Positions 27,864 to 37,049 of a DNA stretch of 64,000 nucleotides are shown one piece after another. The notes under the pieces were generated by a model, which saw nothing but the letters and a program-made list of their open reading frames with translations, was not told the origin of the DNA and made no database searches. Positions within the stretch are counted from its first letter, which is position 1, and the number at the start of each line of letters is the position of its first letter. Location: NCBI GenBank assembly GCA_050949525.1, contig JBMNFW010000001.1:65078-129077 (forward strand), read 5' to 3'. A program made the position numbers and the translations under genes. Source of the DNA: Patescibacteria group bacterium (GTDB lineage Bacteria; Patescibacteriota; Patescibacteriia; Patescibacteriales; UBA12465).

Positions 27864-28946
27864 TTAATAATTCAATGTTTGTATATATCTTGTGCCTCGA
27901 CCACGACCAATTCGCTTCACTTTATCAAGTTCAAGTAAACGATTAAGTGCTTGACGCACAGTTCCTAGAGCAATACCAGTTGCTTTAACAATTTCACTAG
28001 GCCCTACTCCCTTGTTAGTACTTATTAAATATTGCCAAACTTCATATTGTTTTGGTGAAAGAACATCTTCAGCTTCTTCTTTATTTAAATATGATAAAGC
28101 TCTTGTAGCTTGTTCTTTGATAATGGATAAAAAGAAAATAAGCCAAGATAAAATATTATCTTGTTTAGTTTGAAATGTTTCTTGTGATTGACGTAAAGCA
28201 ATATAATATTCATCTTTACGTTGCTCAATTAATTGTTCGTGTGAAACATATTGAGTAAATTGATAACCTGATTTTAATAATAAAAGATTAGTTAGGATAC
28301 GTGATAAGCGACCATTACCATCTTCAAAGGGGTGAATTTTTAAAAATTCAATTATAAAATTAGCAATAATTAAAAGATGATGAAAACGATTTTTTTCAAA
28401 AGCGTTATTAGTCCATTCAACTAATTCTTGCATTTCTTTGCCGGTGAGAAAAGCTGGAGTAGTCTTAAACATTATTTTAACAATTTTCCCATCTGGACCG
28501 AGAACGCCAACAGTATTTTCTTTCTTTTTATACGCACCACGATGTGTATCATCTTTAGTGGAATATTTAAGAAGTTGATTATGAAGTGAAGTAATTAAAC
28601 TTTCTTTAAGAGTTAAGTTTTGATGATTATTAAAAATATTTTGTAAAACTTCTAAATAGCCTTGAACTTCTTGAAAATCACGATTGGCAAATTTAGAAAT
28701 AGTTAGACCACGCATGATTTTTTCAATTTCCTTGTCACTTAGTTTTGAACCCTCAATACGAGTAGAGGCACCAGTAGAAGTAATTAAGGTAGATTTTTTA
28801 AGATTGGTAACAGCTTGTGGAGTCATTTTAAAACTAGCTTTAAATTCACCTTTAATTTCATCAATTTCAGCTAAGGTATTAACAATCTGAGGATTAATGT
28901 ATTGTAAGCGGTGATCAAATTTATTTAAAATTTTATTTTTTGACAT
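27864..28946 (-). CDS. Fic-family protein (class II, auto-inhibited AMP-transferase type) with C-terminal winged-helix DNA-binding domain
   Basis: 360 aa. Canonical Fic motif HPFEDGNGRLSR. N-terminal inhibitory-helix motif STRIEG ([ST]xxxE[GN]). C-terminal wHTH LGTVRQALNRLLELDKVKRIGRGRGTRY. Confidence 0.9.
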   Translation of the reverse strand: MSKNKILNKFDHRLQYINPQIVNTLAEIDEIKGEFKASFKMTPQAVTNLKKSTLITSTGASTRIEGSKLSDKEIEKIMRGLTISKFANRDFQEVQGYLEVLQNIFNNHQNLTLKESLITSLHNQLLKYSTKDDTHRGAYKKKENTVGVLGPDGKIVKIMFKTTPAFLTGKEMQELVEWTNNAFEKNRFHHLLIIANFIIEFLKIHPFEDGNGRLSRILTNLLLLKSGYQFTQYVSHEQLIEQRKDEYYIALRQSQETFQTKQDNILSWLIFFLSIIKEQATRALSYLNKEEAEDVLSPKQYEVWQYLISTNKGVGPSEIVKATGIALGTVRQALNRLLELDKVKRIGRGRGTRYIQTLNY

Positions 28947-28966
28947 AAGTTTATGATTATAATCTC

Positions 28967-28996
28967 TATAGCGGATTATAGCGGATTATAGCGGTA
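28967..28996. repeat. three tandem 10-bp direct repeats (tatagcggat x2 + tatagcggta) immediately upstream of fic
   Basis: Direct reading: ctatagcggattatagcggattatagcggtaaatg, 21-50 nt upstream of the fic start codon on the - strand. Confidence 0.5.
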
Positions 28997-29096
28997 AATG
29001 CAAATTTAATTTTATAATTATTAATTCAGAGTAGATTTATTTAATAATTAATTATAATATAAATTGTTTAACCATGACATTTCTACTTTGCTAATT

Positions 29097-29123
29097 TTAG
29101 CACTCTTGACATCGGACTGCTAA
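29097..29123 (+). promoter_or_regulatory. CIRCE operator (HrcA binding site) TTAGCACTC-N9-GACTGCTAA
   Basis: One mismatch to the consensus TTAGCACTC-N9-GAGTGCTAA. Lies just upstream of hrcA and overlaps the promoter spacer. Confidence 0.8.
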
Positions 29124-29134
29124 TTTTATATAAT
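29106..29134 (+). promoter_or_regulatory. consensus sigma70-type promoter TTGACA-17-TATAAT for the hrcA-grpE-hsp20-dnaK-dnaJ cluster
   Basis: ttgaca 29106-29111 (inside the CIRCE spacer), 17-nt spacer, tataat 29129-29134. hrcA ATG at 29141. Confidence 0.6.
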
Positions 29135-29140
29135 CAAAAT

Positions 29141-29830
29141 ATGAAGATGAGTCCCCGACAAAATTTAATATTATTAACCTTAGTTCAGGAGTATATTAAA
29201 ACGGCTAAAGCTATTAGCTCTGGTTCTTTGGTTAAAAAATATAAATTAGGAATTTCTTCAGCTACCGCTCGAAATGAGTTAGCTGAATTAGAAAGTCAGG
29301 GATACATTTTCCAGCCACACACTTCAGCTGGACGTATTCCAACCGAGAAAGCTTATCAATACTACGTTGATGAAAAATTATTAAAGGAAAAGATTATCGG
29401 GCCTAATTTAAAAGATTTATCTCAAATTTTTGGTAATAATGAGGAGGATTTAAAGAAGGTAGCACGGGCGATAGCTGATTTTTCTAATAATGCTGTTTTC
29501 TGGGCCTTTCATAAAAATAATTTATATTACACTGGAATATCTAATCTTTTTACTCAGCCCGAGTTTCAACAAGGCGAAGTAATAATTGATGTTTCGTTAA
29601 TTATTGATCAGATGGAAGATATTATTGCTGATATTTTTGATCAAGTTAAAAATGGTATTAGCATTGAGATTGGTAATAAAAATCCTTTTGGTTCTTTTCT
29701 TAGTGTAGTTTTTTTAAAGTACGTTTCTCAGGGACAGATGGGAATAGTTGGTATTTTAGGACCTTTACGAATGGATTATCAAAAGAATTTAAGTTTAGTT
29801 CATTTTTTAAAAGAAAAATTAAATAATTAA
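29141..29830 (+). CDS. hrcA: heat-inducible transcription repressor HrcA (short form, 229 aa)
   Basis: N-terminal wHTH SPRQNLILLTLVQEYIKTAKAISSGSLVKKYKLGISSATARNELAELESQGYIFQPHTSAGRIPTEKAYQYYV typical of HrcA. CIRCE upstream; grpE downstream. Markedly shorter than the usual ~340 aa. Confidence 0.8.
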   Translation: MKMSPRQNLILLTLVQEYIKTAKAISSGSLVKKYKLGISSATARNELAELESQGYIFQPHTSAGRIPTEKAYQYYVDEKLLKEKIIGPNLKDLSQIFGNNEEDLKKVARAIADFSNNAVFWAFHKNNLYYTGISNLFTQPEFQQGEVIIDVSLIIDQMEDIIADIFDQVKNGISIEIGNKNPFGSFLSVVFLKYVSQGQMGIVGILGPLRMDYQKNLSLVHFLKEKLNN

Positions 29831-29836
29831 TATTTT

Positions 29837-30331
29837 ATGTCAAAAGAAAAAGAAGAAAAAAAAGAAGATTTATTAAAAAAATTAGAAGAAGAAAAAAATG
29901 AATTAGATTTAGCTCATAAAAGAGCTTTAGCTGATTATCAAAATTTATTAAAAACTAGTAATAAAGAAAAAGTTGAATTTTTTAAATATGCTTTAGCTGA
30001 TTTTTTTCTAGAATTTTTACCAATTTTTGATAATTTAAAAATGGCTATTAGTACTTTAAGTCCAGAAGAAGAAAAAAGTTCTTGGGTTGTTGGTTTACGA
30101 CATGTTATTAAACAATTTCAGGATCTTTTTTCGGCTCAAGGAGTTGAAGCTATTAAAACTGTTGGTGAGCCCTTTGATTATCATACTATGGAAGCAGTTG
30201 AAGGTGATGGAGAGATAGTTAAAGAAGAAATGCGACCCGGTTATACTCTTAAAGGTAAGGTTATTATTCCAGCGAAAGTGATTCTTTTTTCTCAAAATGA
30301 ATCTGAAGAAAAAAAGTTAAAAGAAAAATAA
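29837..30331 (+). CDS. grpE: nucleotide exchange factor GrpE
   Basis: 164 aa. Coiled-coil N-terminus. C-terminal MEAVEGDGEIVKEEMRPGYTLKGKVIIPAKV typical of GrpE. Sits between hrcA and dnaK. Confidence 0.85.
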   Translation: MSKEKEEKKEDLLKKLEEEKNELDLAHKRALADYQNLLKTSNKEKVEFFKYALADFFLEFLPIFDNLKMAISTLSPEEEKSSWVVGLRHVIKQFQDLFSAQGVEAIKTVGEPFDYHTMEAVEGDGEIVKEEMRPGYTLKGKVIIPAKVILFSQNESEEKKLKEK

Positions 30332-30390
30332 TTTATTCTTCTTTTCTACATCCATAATTAAATTATTTTGTAGAAAAGATTATTAAACAT

Positions 30391-30822
30391 ATGTCATTAA
30401 TTAAATGGAGTCCTTTTTTAAGCGACAATTACTTTGATGATATGGATAAAATGATTTCTGAATTTATGTCCATAAGTCGAGGTAATAAAGGATTTATGCC
30501 GGCTGTTGATATGTATGAGGACAATGATAATGTAGTTGTTGAAACTCAATTAGCAGGTATTGATCTAGAAAAAATTGATATTTCTATTGAGAATGATGTT
30601 TTATGTATTAAAGGTGAAGGTGAAAAAAAGACTGAGGTTGAAGAAAAAAATTATTATCGTAAAGAAATTCGACGAGGTAATTTTTACCGATCTATTCCTT
30701 TACCAACCCGAGTTGATGGTGATAAAGCGTCAGCGGTAGCTGAGGATGGTATTTTAAAAATATATATCCCTAAAGCTTCTGAAGCTAAACCTAAATCTAT
30801 TAAAATTAAAACTAAGAAATAG
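30391..30822 (+). CDS. small heat shock protein (Hsp20/alpha-crystallin family)
   Basis: 143 aa. Alpha-crystallin domain (PAVDMYEDNDNVVVETQLAGIDLEKIDISIENDVLCIKGE...FYRSIPLP). Inserted between grpE and dnaK. Confidence 0.85.
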   Translation: MSLIKWSPFLSDNYFDDMDKMISEFMSISRGNKGFMPAVDMYEDNDNVVVETQLAGIDLEKIDISIENDVLCIKGEGEKKTEVEEKNYYRKEIRRGNFYRSIPLPTRVDGDKASAVAEDGILKIYIPKASEAKPKSIKIKTKK

Positions 30823-30928
30823 TGTTTCTTTTCGGCTCCCTGTTAGGGGGTCGAGGAATAAACATTAATATATAATAAAATTAGGTTTTGTAATATTGTA
30901 AGATTTATAAAACTAAATATTAAACATT

Positions 30929-32815
30929 ATGGCAAAAATATTAGGTATTGATTTAGGAACTACTAATTCGGCTATGGCTATTATTGAAGGTGGTCAACCG
31001 AAGATTTTAGAAAATGCGGAAGGTAATCGCACCACCCCATCAGTTTTAGCTATCTCTAAGAGTGGCGAAAGATTAGCTGGACAATCAGCTAAAAGACAGG
31101 CGGTAACTAATCCCAAAAATACAGTTCATTCCGTTAAAAGATTGATTGGGCGAAAGTTTGAAGATGCAGAGGTGCAAAAAGATTTGGAAATGGTTCCTTA
31201 TGAGATTATTAAGGCTGGTGAGGGAGTTAAAGTTAAAATGAGTGATAAGGACTATACTCCACAAGAGGTTTCAGCTATGATTTTATCTAAACTTAAAAGT
31301 GATGCTGAAGCTAAAATTGGTGAAAAAATTAGTGAAGTGGTAATTACCGTTCCAGCTTATTTTAATGATGCTCAAAGACAAGCTACTAAAGACGCTGGAA
31401 AAATAGCTGGATTAGAAGTTAAGCGTATTATTAATGAGCCAACCGCGGCGGCTTTAGCTTATGGTTTTGATAAGCGAACCGGAGAGCAAGCAGTAGTTTA
31501 TGACTTAGGTGGTGGAACTTTTGATGTTTCCGTGTTGGATATTTCAGCTGATACAGTTGAGGTTAAGGCTACTAATGGTAATACTCATTTAGGTGGAGAA
31601 GACTTTGATCAAAGAATTATTGATTGGATTATTGCTGAGTTTAAAAAGGATCAAGGTATTGATTTATCTAAAGATCCTTTAGCTTTACAACGAATTAAAG
31701 AATCAGCTGAGAAGGCTAAAATTGAGCTTTCTACCACTATGGAAACTGAAATTAATCAACCTTTCATCACTACTGATGCTGATGGACCTAAGCATTTAGT
31801 TATGAAAATGAGTCGAGCTAAATTAGAAGAATTAATTGAAGATTTAGTTGACAAGACTTTAGAGCCTTGTCAAAAAGCTTTAGATGATGCTGGTATGAAA
31901 GTTGAAGATTTGGAAGAAGTTATTTTAGTAGGAGGAATGAGTCGAATGCCTTTAGTACAAAGGAAGGTCAAAGAATTTTTTAAGAGAGAACCTAATTTAA
32001 GCGTTAATCCGGATGAGGTAGTAGCTATTGGGGCAGCTGTTCAAGCTGGTGTTTTACAGGGTGATGTTAAAGATGTTTTACTCTTAGATGTTACTCCTTT
32101 AACTTTAGGTATTGAAACTTTAGGTGGTGTTGCCACTCCTTTAATTGAACGTAATACTACTGTTCCGACTTCTAAATCACAAATATTCTCTACGGCTGTT
32201 GATAATCAACCTAGTGTGGAAATTCATATTGTTCAAGGTGAAAGACCTTTAGCAGCTGATAATAAAACTTTGGGGCGCTTTATCTTAGATGGTTTACCAC
32301 CAGCTCCTCGAGGAGTTCCTCAAATTGAAGTTACTTTTGATATTGATGCTAATGGAATTTTGAATGTTATTGCTAAAGATAAGGCTACAAATAAAGAACA
32401 AAAAATTACTATTACCGCTTCTTCTGGTCTTAGTCAGGAAGAAATTGAAAGAATGCAGAAGGAGGCTGAATTACATGCTGAGGAAGATAAGAAAAAGAGA
32501 GAAAATATTGAGATTAAAAATCAGGCTGAAGCGGCGGTCTTTACTACGGAAAAATTATTAAAAGAATCAGGTGATAAAATGAGCGAAGAGGATAAGAAAA
32601 GTTTAGAAGAAAAAATGGAAGACTTAAAGAAAGTTAAGGATAGTGAAGATTATGAAGAGATGAAATCAAAAATGGAAGCTTTAAATGAAGTAGCTCAGAA
32701 AATTGGTGCTGCCATGTATCAAGCTCAATCTCAAACTAGCGCCACAGAAGAAAAAAATGAAGAAAAAAAAGATGATGATAATGTTGTTGAAGGTGAAGTT
32801 GAGGAGAGTAAATAA
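30929..32815 (+). CDS. dnaK: molecular chaperone DnaK (Hsp70)
   Basis: 628 aa. [27 protein letters not shown] signatures. Confidence 0.97.
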   Translation: MAKILGIDLGTTNSAMAIIEGGQPKILENAEGNRTTPSVLAISKSGERLAGQSAKRQAVTNPKNTVHSVKRLIGRKFEDAEVQKDLEMVPYEIIKAGEGVKVKMSDKDYTPQEVSAMILSKLKSDAEAKIGEKISEVVITVPAYFNDAQRQATKDAGKIAGLEVKRIINEPTAAALAYGFDKRTGEQAVVYDLGGGTFDVSVLDISADTVEVKATNGNTHLGGEDFDQRIIDWIIAEFKKDQGIDLSKDPLALQRIKESAEKAKIELSTTMETEINQPFITTDADGPKHLVMKMSRAKLEELIEDLVDKTLEPCQKALDDAGMKVEDLEEVILVGGMSRMPLVQRKVKEFFKREPNLSVNPDEVVAIGAAVQAGVLQGDVKDVLLLDVTPLTLGIETLGGVATPLIERNTTVPTSKSQIFSTAVDNQPSVEIHIVQGERPLAADNKTLGRFILDGLPPAPRGVPQIEVTFDIDANGILNVIAKDKATNKEQKITITASSGLSQEEIERMQKEAELHAEEDKKKRENIEIKNQAEAAVFTTEKLLKESGDKMSEEDKKSLEEKMEDLKKVKDSEDYEEMKSKMEALNEVAQKIGAAMYQAQSQTSATEEKNEEKKDDDNVVEGEVEESK

Positions 32816-32822
32816 ATAATTT

Positions 32823-33887
32823 ATGGCTGGAAAAGACTACTACGCGATCTTAGGTGTTTCCAAAACAGCTAAGCCAGATGAAATTAAAGCTGCCTTTAGA
32901 AAATTAGCTCATAAACACCACCCTGATAAGGGTGGTGATGAGGCTAAGTTTAAGGAAATTAATGAAGCTTATCAAGTTTTAAGTAATGAAGATAAGCGAA
33001 GGCAGTATGATCAATTTGGCTCCGGTTTTGAAAATATGGCCGGAGGTGGTTTTGATTTTGGTGGTGGTTTTTCTGGAGCTAATGTTAATTTTGAAGATCT
33101 GGGTGATTTGTTTGGTGGTTTAGGGGATATGTTTGGTTTTTCTTCTACATCCTCCTCTCGTCGATCTAATCGTGGTGAAAGTATAGAAGCTATTCTTTCG
33201 CTTGATTTTAAAGAAGCTGTTTTTGGTGTTGAAAAAGAAATTTTAGTTGATAAAAATATTGCTTGTCAAAAATGTAACGGTAGTGGAGCTGAACCGGGAG
33301 CCAAGATTGAACAGTGTAAAACTTGCAAAGGACGGGGGCGAGTTTTTAAGGTTCAGCGAACTATTTTTGGGGCTATGCAATCGGAAGTAATTTGTTCTGA
33401 TTGTCATGGAGAGGGGCAAACTTATTCTAAAAAATGTTCTCAATGTCAGGGACAAGGATTTTATGCTGGTCAGGAAAAAATGAAAGTAAAAATTCCCGCT
33501 GGTATTAATGAAGGCGAAGCTATTCGTTTAGCGGGTAAAGGACATTATGCTTCTAAAAAATACCCAGCTGGAGATTTAATTTTAAGAATTAAGATAAGTC
33601 CTAGTTCCGATTTTAGGCGACAGGGCCATGATATATATAGTAATTTAAAGATTAATGTTAAACAGGCTATTTTAGGTGATAAAGTTAAGGTTTTAACAGT
33701 TCATGGAGAAGTTATACTTAAAATTCCTGAAGGGACTCAGTCAGGCACCACTTTTAAAATTAAGGGTAAGGGAGTGCCAAAACTTCGAGGTTTAGGACAG
33801 GGTGATCATTTAGTGGAAGTAGAGGTTTTGATTCCTAAAGGACTATCTAAAAAAGATAAAAAACTTTTAGAAGAAATAGATTTATAA
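32823..33887 (+). CDS. dnaJ: molecular chaperone DnaJ
   Basis: 354 aa. J domain with HPD (KHHPDKGG), G/F-rich linker, four CxxCxGxG zinc repeats (CQKCNGSG, CKTCKGRG, CSDCHGEG, CSQCQGQG). Confidence 0.95.
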   Translation: MAGKDYYAILGVSKTAKPDEIKAAFRKLAHKHHPDKGGDEAKFKEINEAYQVLSNEDKRRQYDQFGSGFENMAGGGFDFGGGFSGANVNFEDLGDLFGGLGDMFGFSSTSSSRRSNRGESIEAILSLDFKEAVFGVEKEILVDKNIACQKCNGSGAEPGAKIEQCKTCKGRGRVFKVQRTIFGAMQSEVICSDCHGEGQTYSKKCSQCQGQGFYAGQEKMKVKIPAGINEGEAIRLAGKGHYASKKYPAGDLILRIKISPSSDFRRQGHDIYSNLKINVKQAILGDKVKVLTVHGEVILKIPEGTQSGTTFKIKGKGVPKLRGLGQGDHLVEVEVLIPKGLSKKDKKLLEEIDL

Positions 33888-33888
33888 T

Positions 33889-34659
33889 ATGTTTTTTGAT
33901 ACACACTGTCATTTAAATTTTTCTGATTATGATTCTGATTATCAAGAAGTTATAACCCGAGCTTTGGAGGCTGGGGTTTTTATGATTTTAGTGGGTTCTG
34001 ATTTTTCCAGTTCAGAACGAGGGGTTCATTTAGCTCAAAATTTTCCCAAGGGAGTTTATGCTTCTATTGGACTTCATCCTAATGGAGTTTTAGAAGAAGA
34101 TTTTTCTGAGGATAAGTTTCAAGCTATTATTGATAATAATGATCGAGTAGTGGCTATTGGTGAGACTGGATTGGATTATTATCGTTCTGATTTAGCTAAA
34201 TCTAAACAGCAAGAAGTTTTTTATCAGCACCTAAATTTAGCTTATAAAAATAATTTACCAGTTATTATTCATTGTCGTGAAGCTCATAATGATCTCTATG
34301 ATATTTTAAAAAAGTTTAAAGAAGAAAAGAATCCGCTTAATGACTGGGGAGTTATCCATTGTTTTTCAGGAAATTATCAAGAGGCTCAGAATTATATTGA
34401 TTTAGGTTTGAAAATATCTTTTACTGGTTTAATTACTTTTGCGTCTAATTGGGATAAACTTATTAAAAAAATATCCTTAGAACATTTAATGATAGAAACT
34501 GATTCTCCTTATTTATCTCCATTACCCTATCGGGGTCAAAGAAATGAACCTTTGAGAGTGATTGAAGTGGCTAAGAAAATAGCTGAGTTAAAATCTTTAG
34601 ATTTGAAGCTAGTAGCAGATGTTTTATGGAGAAATTCGTTTAAATTTTTCAAAATCTAG
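33889..34659 (+). CDS. tatD: TatD-family metal-dependent DNase/hydrolase
   Basis: 256 aa. N-terminal FDTHCHL, GETGLDYY and IHCR motifs. Confidence 0.85.
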   Translation: MFFDTHCHLNFSDYDSDYQEVITRALEAGVFMILVGSDFSSSERGVHLAQNFPKGVYASIGLHPNGVLEEDFSEDKFQAIIDNNDRVVAIGETGLDYYRSDLAKSKQQEVFYQHLNLAYKNNLPVIIHCREAHNDLYDILKKFKEEKNPLNDWGVIHCFSGNYQEAQNYIDLGLKISFTGLITFASNWDKLIKKISLEHLMIETDSPYLSPLPYRGQRNEPLRVIEVAKKIAELKSLDLKLVADVLWRNSFKFFKI

Positions 34660-34740
34660 TCAAGCTTTTTGACCCTTGACTTTTATTTTTTTTTGGTAAT
34701 ATAATTAAGGTGTTAATTTATTCAAAAATCATTTCGGTTT

Positions 34741-35010
34741 TTGAATCATTTTTTTATCATGACCAAAGATAATAAAAAAGCACTAGCTTGGAAGCTAGTG
34801 ATTGATATTGCCCTTAATATTTCAGCTTGGATAATAATTCCAGTTTTAGTAGGACTCTTTCTAGGATCCTATTTAGATCGGAGATTTTTTACCGCTCCTC
34901 GTTATCTTTTAATAGTTTTGGGGATTTCTTTTGTCATTTCTATTTTTGGCTTAAGTAAATATGTTTCTAAGGAGGCCAAAAAAATGGAAGAAAAAAATAA
35001 AGTCGAATAA
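34741..35010 (+). CDS. AtpZ/ATP-synthase-gene-1-like small membrane protein
   Basis: 89 aa, two TM helices (LAWKLVIDIALNISAWIIIPVLVGLFLGSYLD...LLIVLGISFVISIFG). Position immediately upstream of atpB is typical of atpZ/atpI. Confidence 0.5.
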   Translation: MNHFFIMTKDNKKALAWKLVIDIALNISAWIIIPVLVGLFLGSYLDRRFFTAPRYLLIVLGISFVISIFGLSKYVSKEAKKMEEKNKVE

Positions 35011-35018
35011 TAATTTTT

Positions 35019-35837
35019 ATGGAAGAACAAATTTTACACGAAGACACTTTATTTGCTGAGCCGATATTTAATATTGGAAATTTCTCAGTTACTAATTCTT
35101 TAATTAATTCTTGGATAGTTTTAATTGTCGTGTTAATTTTTGCTTTCTCTATTAGAAAAAAGATTAGACGAGTTCCTCGTGGAATGCAGAATCTTCTGGA
35201 AGTAATTATAGATTGGTTTTTAAATTTATCTGATCAGGTTACTGGTAGTCGAAAAGTTTCTTTAAAAGTTTTACCAATTGTTCTGTCTTTTTTCTTTTTT
35301 ATTTTATTAAATAACTGGTTAGGATTACTGCCTGGAATTGGGTCTATTGGAAAAATAGTTATGGAGGATGGGCAGAAAGTTTTTGTCCCCTTTTTTCGTG
35401 GGGCTACCGCTGATTTAAATACTACTTTGGCTTTAGCTTCAGTAGCCTTAGTTATTGTCCATATTTTTGGTACGGTTGCCCATGGTGCTTGGAATTATTT
35501 GAATAAGTTTGTTAATATTAGAATGTTAGTAGACATTCCAAAGAAAGTTTTTAAAGATCCAACTGTTTTATTAATTAATCCAGTTAAGATTTTTGTTGGT
35601 CTTTTAGAAATAATTGGAGAAATAGCTAAAGCAGCTAGTCTTTCTTTTCGTCTTTTTGGTAATATTTTTGCTGGTGAAGTTCTTTTATCCGCTATGTCAG
35701 CTATTTTTGCTTTTTTAGTCCCTCTACCTTTTATAGCTTTAGAGATTATGGTGGGATTAATTCAGGCTATGATTTTTTCAATTCTGATTTTGATATATAC
35801 ATCTGTCAGTATGGCGCCCGAGGAGGAAGAGGCATAA
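35019..35837 (+). CDS. atpB: F0F1 ATP synthase subunit a
   Basis: 272 aa. Conserved Arg-containing motif LSFRLFGNIFAGEVLL. Confidence 0.9.
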   Translation: MEEQILHEDTLFAEPIFNIGNFSVTNSLINSWIVLIVVLIFAFSIRKKIRRVPRGMQNLLEVIIDWFLNLSDQVTGSRKVSLKVLPIVLSFFFFILLNNWLGLLPGIGSIGKIVMEDGQKVFVPFFRGATADLNTTLALASVALVIVHIFGTVAHGAWNYLNKFVNIRMLVDIPKKVFKDPTVLLINPVKIFVGLLEIIGEIAKAASLSFRLFGNIFAGEVLLSAMSAIFAFLVPLPFIALEIMVGLIQAMIFSILILIYTSVSMAPEEEEA

Positions 35838-35868
35838 ATTATTTATTTAAAATATTAATTATTAATAA

Positions 35869-36090
<222 letters not shown>

Positions 36091-36102
36091 TAAGTTGACG
36101 AA

Positions 36103-36120
36103 CTGCTCCTTTAGGAGCAG
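36103..36120 (+). terminator. perfect 7-bp GC-rich stem-loop (ctgctcc-ttta-ggagcag) just after atpE; intra-operon attenuator/processing-type hairpin
   Basis: Seen directly. Followed by a T-rich but interrupted tract (cggttagtttattattttg). Placement after the c-subunit gene is a common site for partial termination or mRNA stabilisation. Confidence 0.45.
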
Positions 36121-36150
36121 CGGTTAGTTTATTATTTTGATTATTATTAT

Positions 36151-36639
36151 ATGGATTTAATTGTTTCAACTTTTCATGTTAATGTAGAATTATTAATCGC
36201 TCAGGCGGTTAACTTTCTAATTATTTTCCTTATTTTGTATTTTTTTGCTTTCAAACCTATTTCTAAAATTATGCAAGAGCGGACTGCTACCATTGAAAAG
36301 AGTTTGGATGATGCTAAAAAAATTGAGGAAAATTTAGCCTCAGCAGAAGCTGAGAGTCAAGCTATTTTAAGTCGAGCCCAAAAAGAATATTCTGAAATTA
36401 TTAATCAGGCTAATAAGTCAGCGGAAGAAAATCGACAAAAATTAATTGCTAAAACTAAAGAGGAGGTGGCTGAAATTATTAAGAAAGAAAAGGAGAATAT
36501 TCAAGCTGAAAAAGAAGCTATGCTTAAAGAGGTTCGAGGTGAAGTAGCTGAGTTAGTAGTTTTAGCTACTGAAAAAATCATTAAAGAAAAGTTAGATAGC
36601 CAAAAGGATCATGAGATTATAAATAACGCTATAAAATAG
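36151..36639 (+). CDS. atpF: F0F1 ATP synthase subunit b
   Basis: 162 aa. N-terminal TM then a long charged coiled coil. Operon position. Confidence 0.75.
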   Translation: MDLIVSTFHVNVELLIAQAVNFLIIFLILYFFAFKPISKIMQERTATIEKSLDDAKKIEENLASAEAESQAILSRAQKEYSEIINQANKSAEENRQKLIAKTKEEVAEIIKKEKENIQAEKEAMLKEVRGEVAELVVLATEKIIKEKLDSQKDHEIINNAIK

Positions 36640-36643
36640 TGAT

Positions 36644-37045
36644 ATGAAAAGCCTAGCTAGACAATATGCTCTTAGTCTTTTTAATCTTTTAGAGAGTGAA
36701 TCAAAAGAATCTTGGTCAGCTTTAATTAAAGATTGGACTGATTTATTAATTGAAAATGGTGATTATAAATTGGTTGATGAAATTATTATAGAGTTTTCAA
36801 AAATTTGGGATCAAGAAAAGAAAGAGTTAAAAGCTGTTTTAAGTAGTGCTTATCCCCTTTTAGATGAATCACGTCAATTAGTGATGGAGTATTTAAAGAC
36901 TAAAACTGATTCTAAGATGATTAGTCTTAAAGAGGAGATTGATGAAGATATTTTAGGTGGGGTAGTTTTACGTTATGATGATAAAGTTATTGACGCTAGT
37001 TTAAAAAATAATTTAAATAATTTAAAAAGTAATATAAAAAAATAA
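36644..37045 (+). CDS. atpH: F0F1 ATP synthase subunit delta (short, 133 aa)
   Basis: Operon position between atpF and atpA. OSCP-like C-terminal motif [25 protein letters not shown]. Confidence 0.6.
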   Translation: MKSLARQYALSLFNLLESESKESWSALIKDWTDLLIENGDYKLVDEIIIEFSKIWDQEKKELKAVLSSAYPLLDESRQLVMEYLKTKTDSKMISLKEEIDEDILGGVVLRYDDKVIDASLKNNLNNLKSNIKK

Positions 37046-37049
37046 ATGT

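Noticed and set aside
28684-28890. 68-aa + strand ORF antisense to fic
   Set aside because: Antisense to the Fic catalytic region; no independent support.
28967-28996. Possible CRISPR array (tandem repeats)
   Set aside because: Only three 10-bp units with no spacers; far too short and simple for CRISPR. Treated as a promoter-proximal direct repeat instead.
30095-30295. 66-aa - strand ORF inside grpE (similarly 32364..32561 + in dnaK, 33243..33455 - in dnaJ, 43829..44137 - in groEL, 51902..52129 - in rpoB, 61401..61652 - in the channel gene, 63458..63712 + in pheT)
   Set aside because: All lie within or antisense to strongly conserved genes and have low-complexity translations.
30823-30928. 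Possible hairpin/terminator after hsp20 (cggctccctgttagggggtcgagg)
   Set aside because: The arms are not properly complementary (ctccc vs ggggg); no convincing stem.
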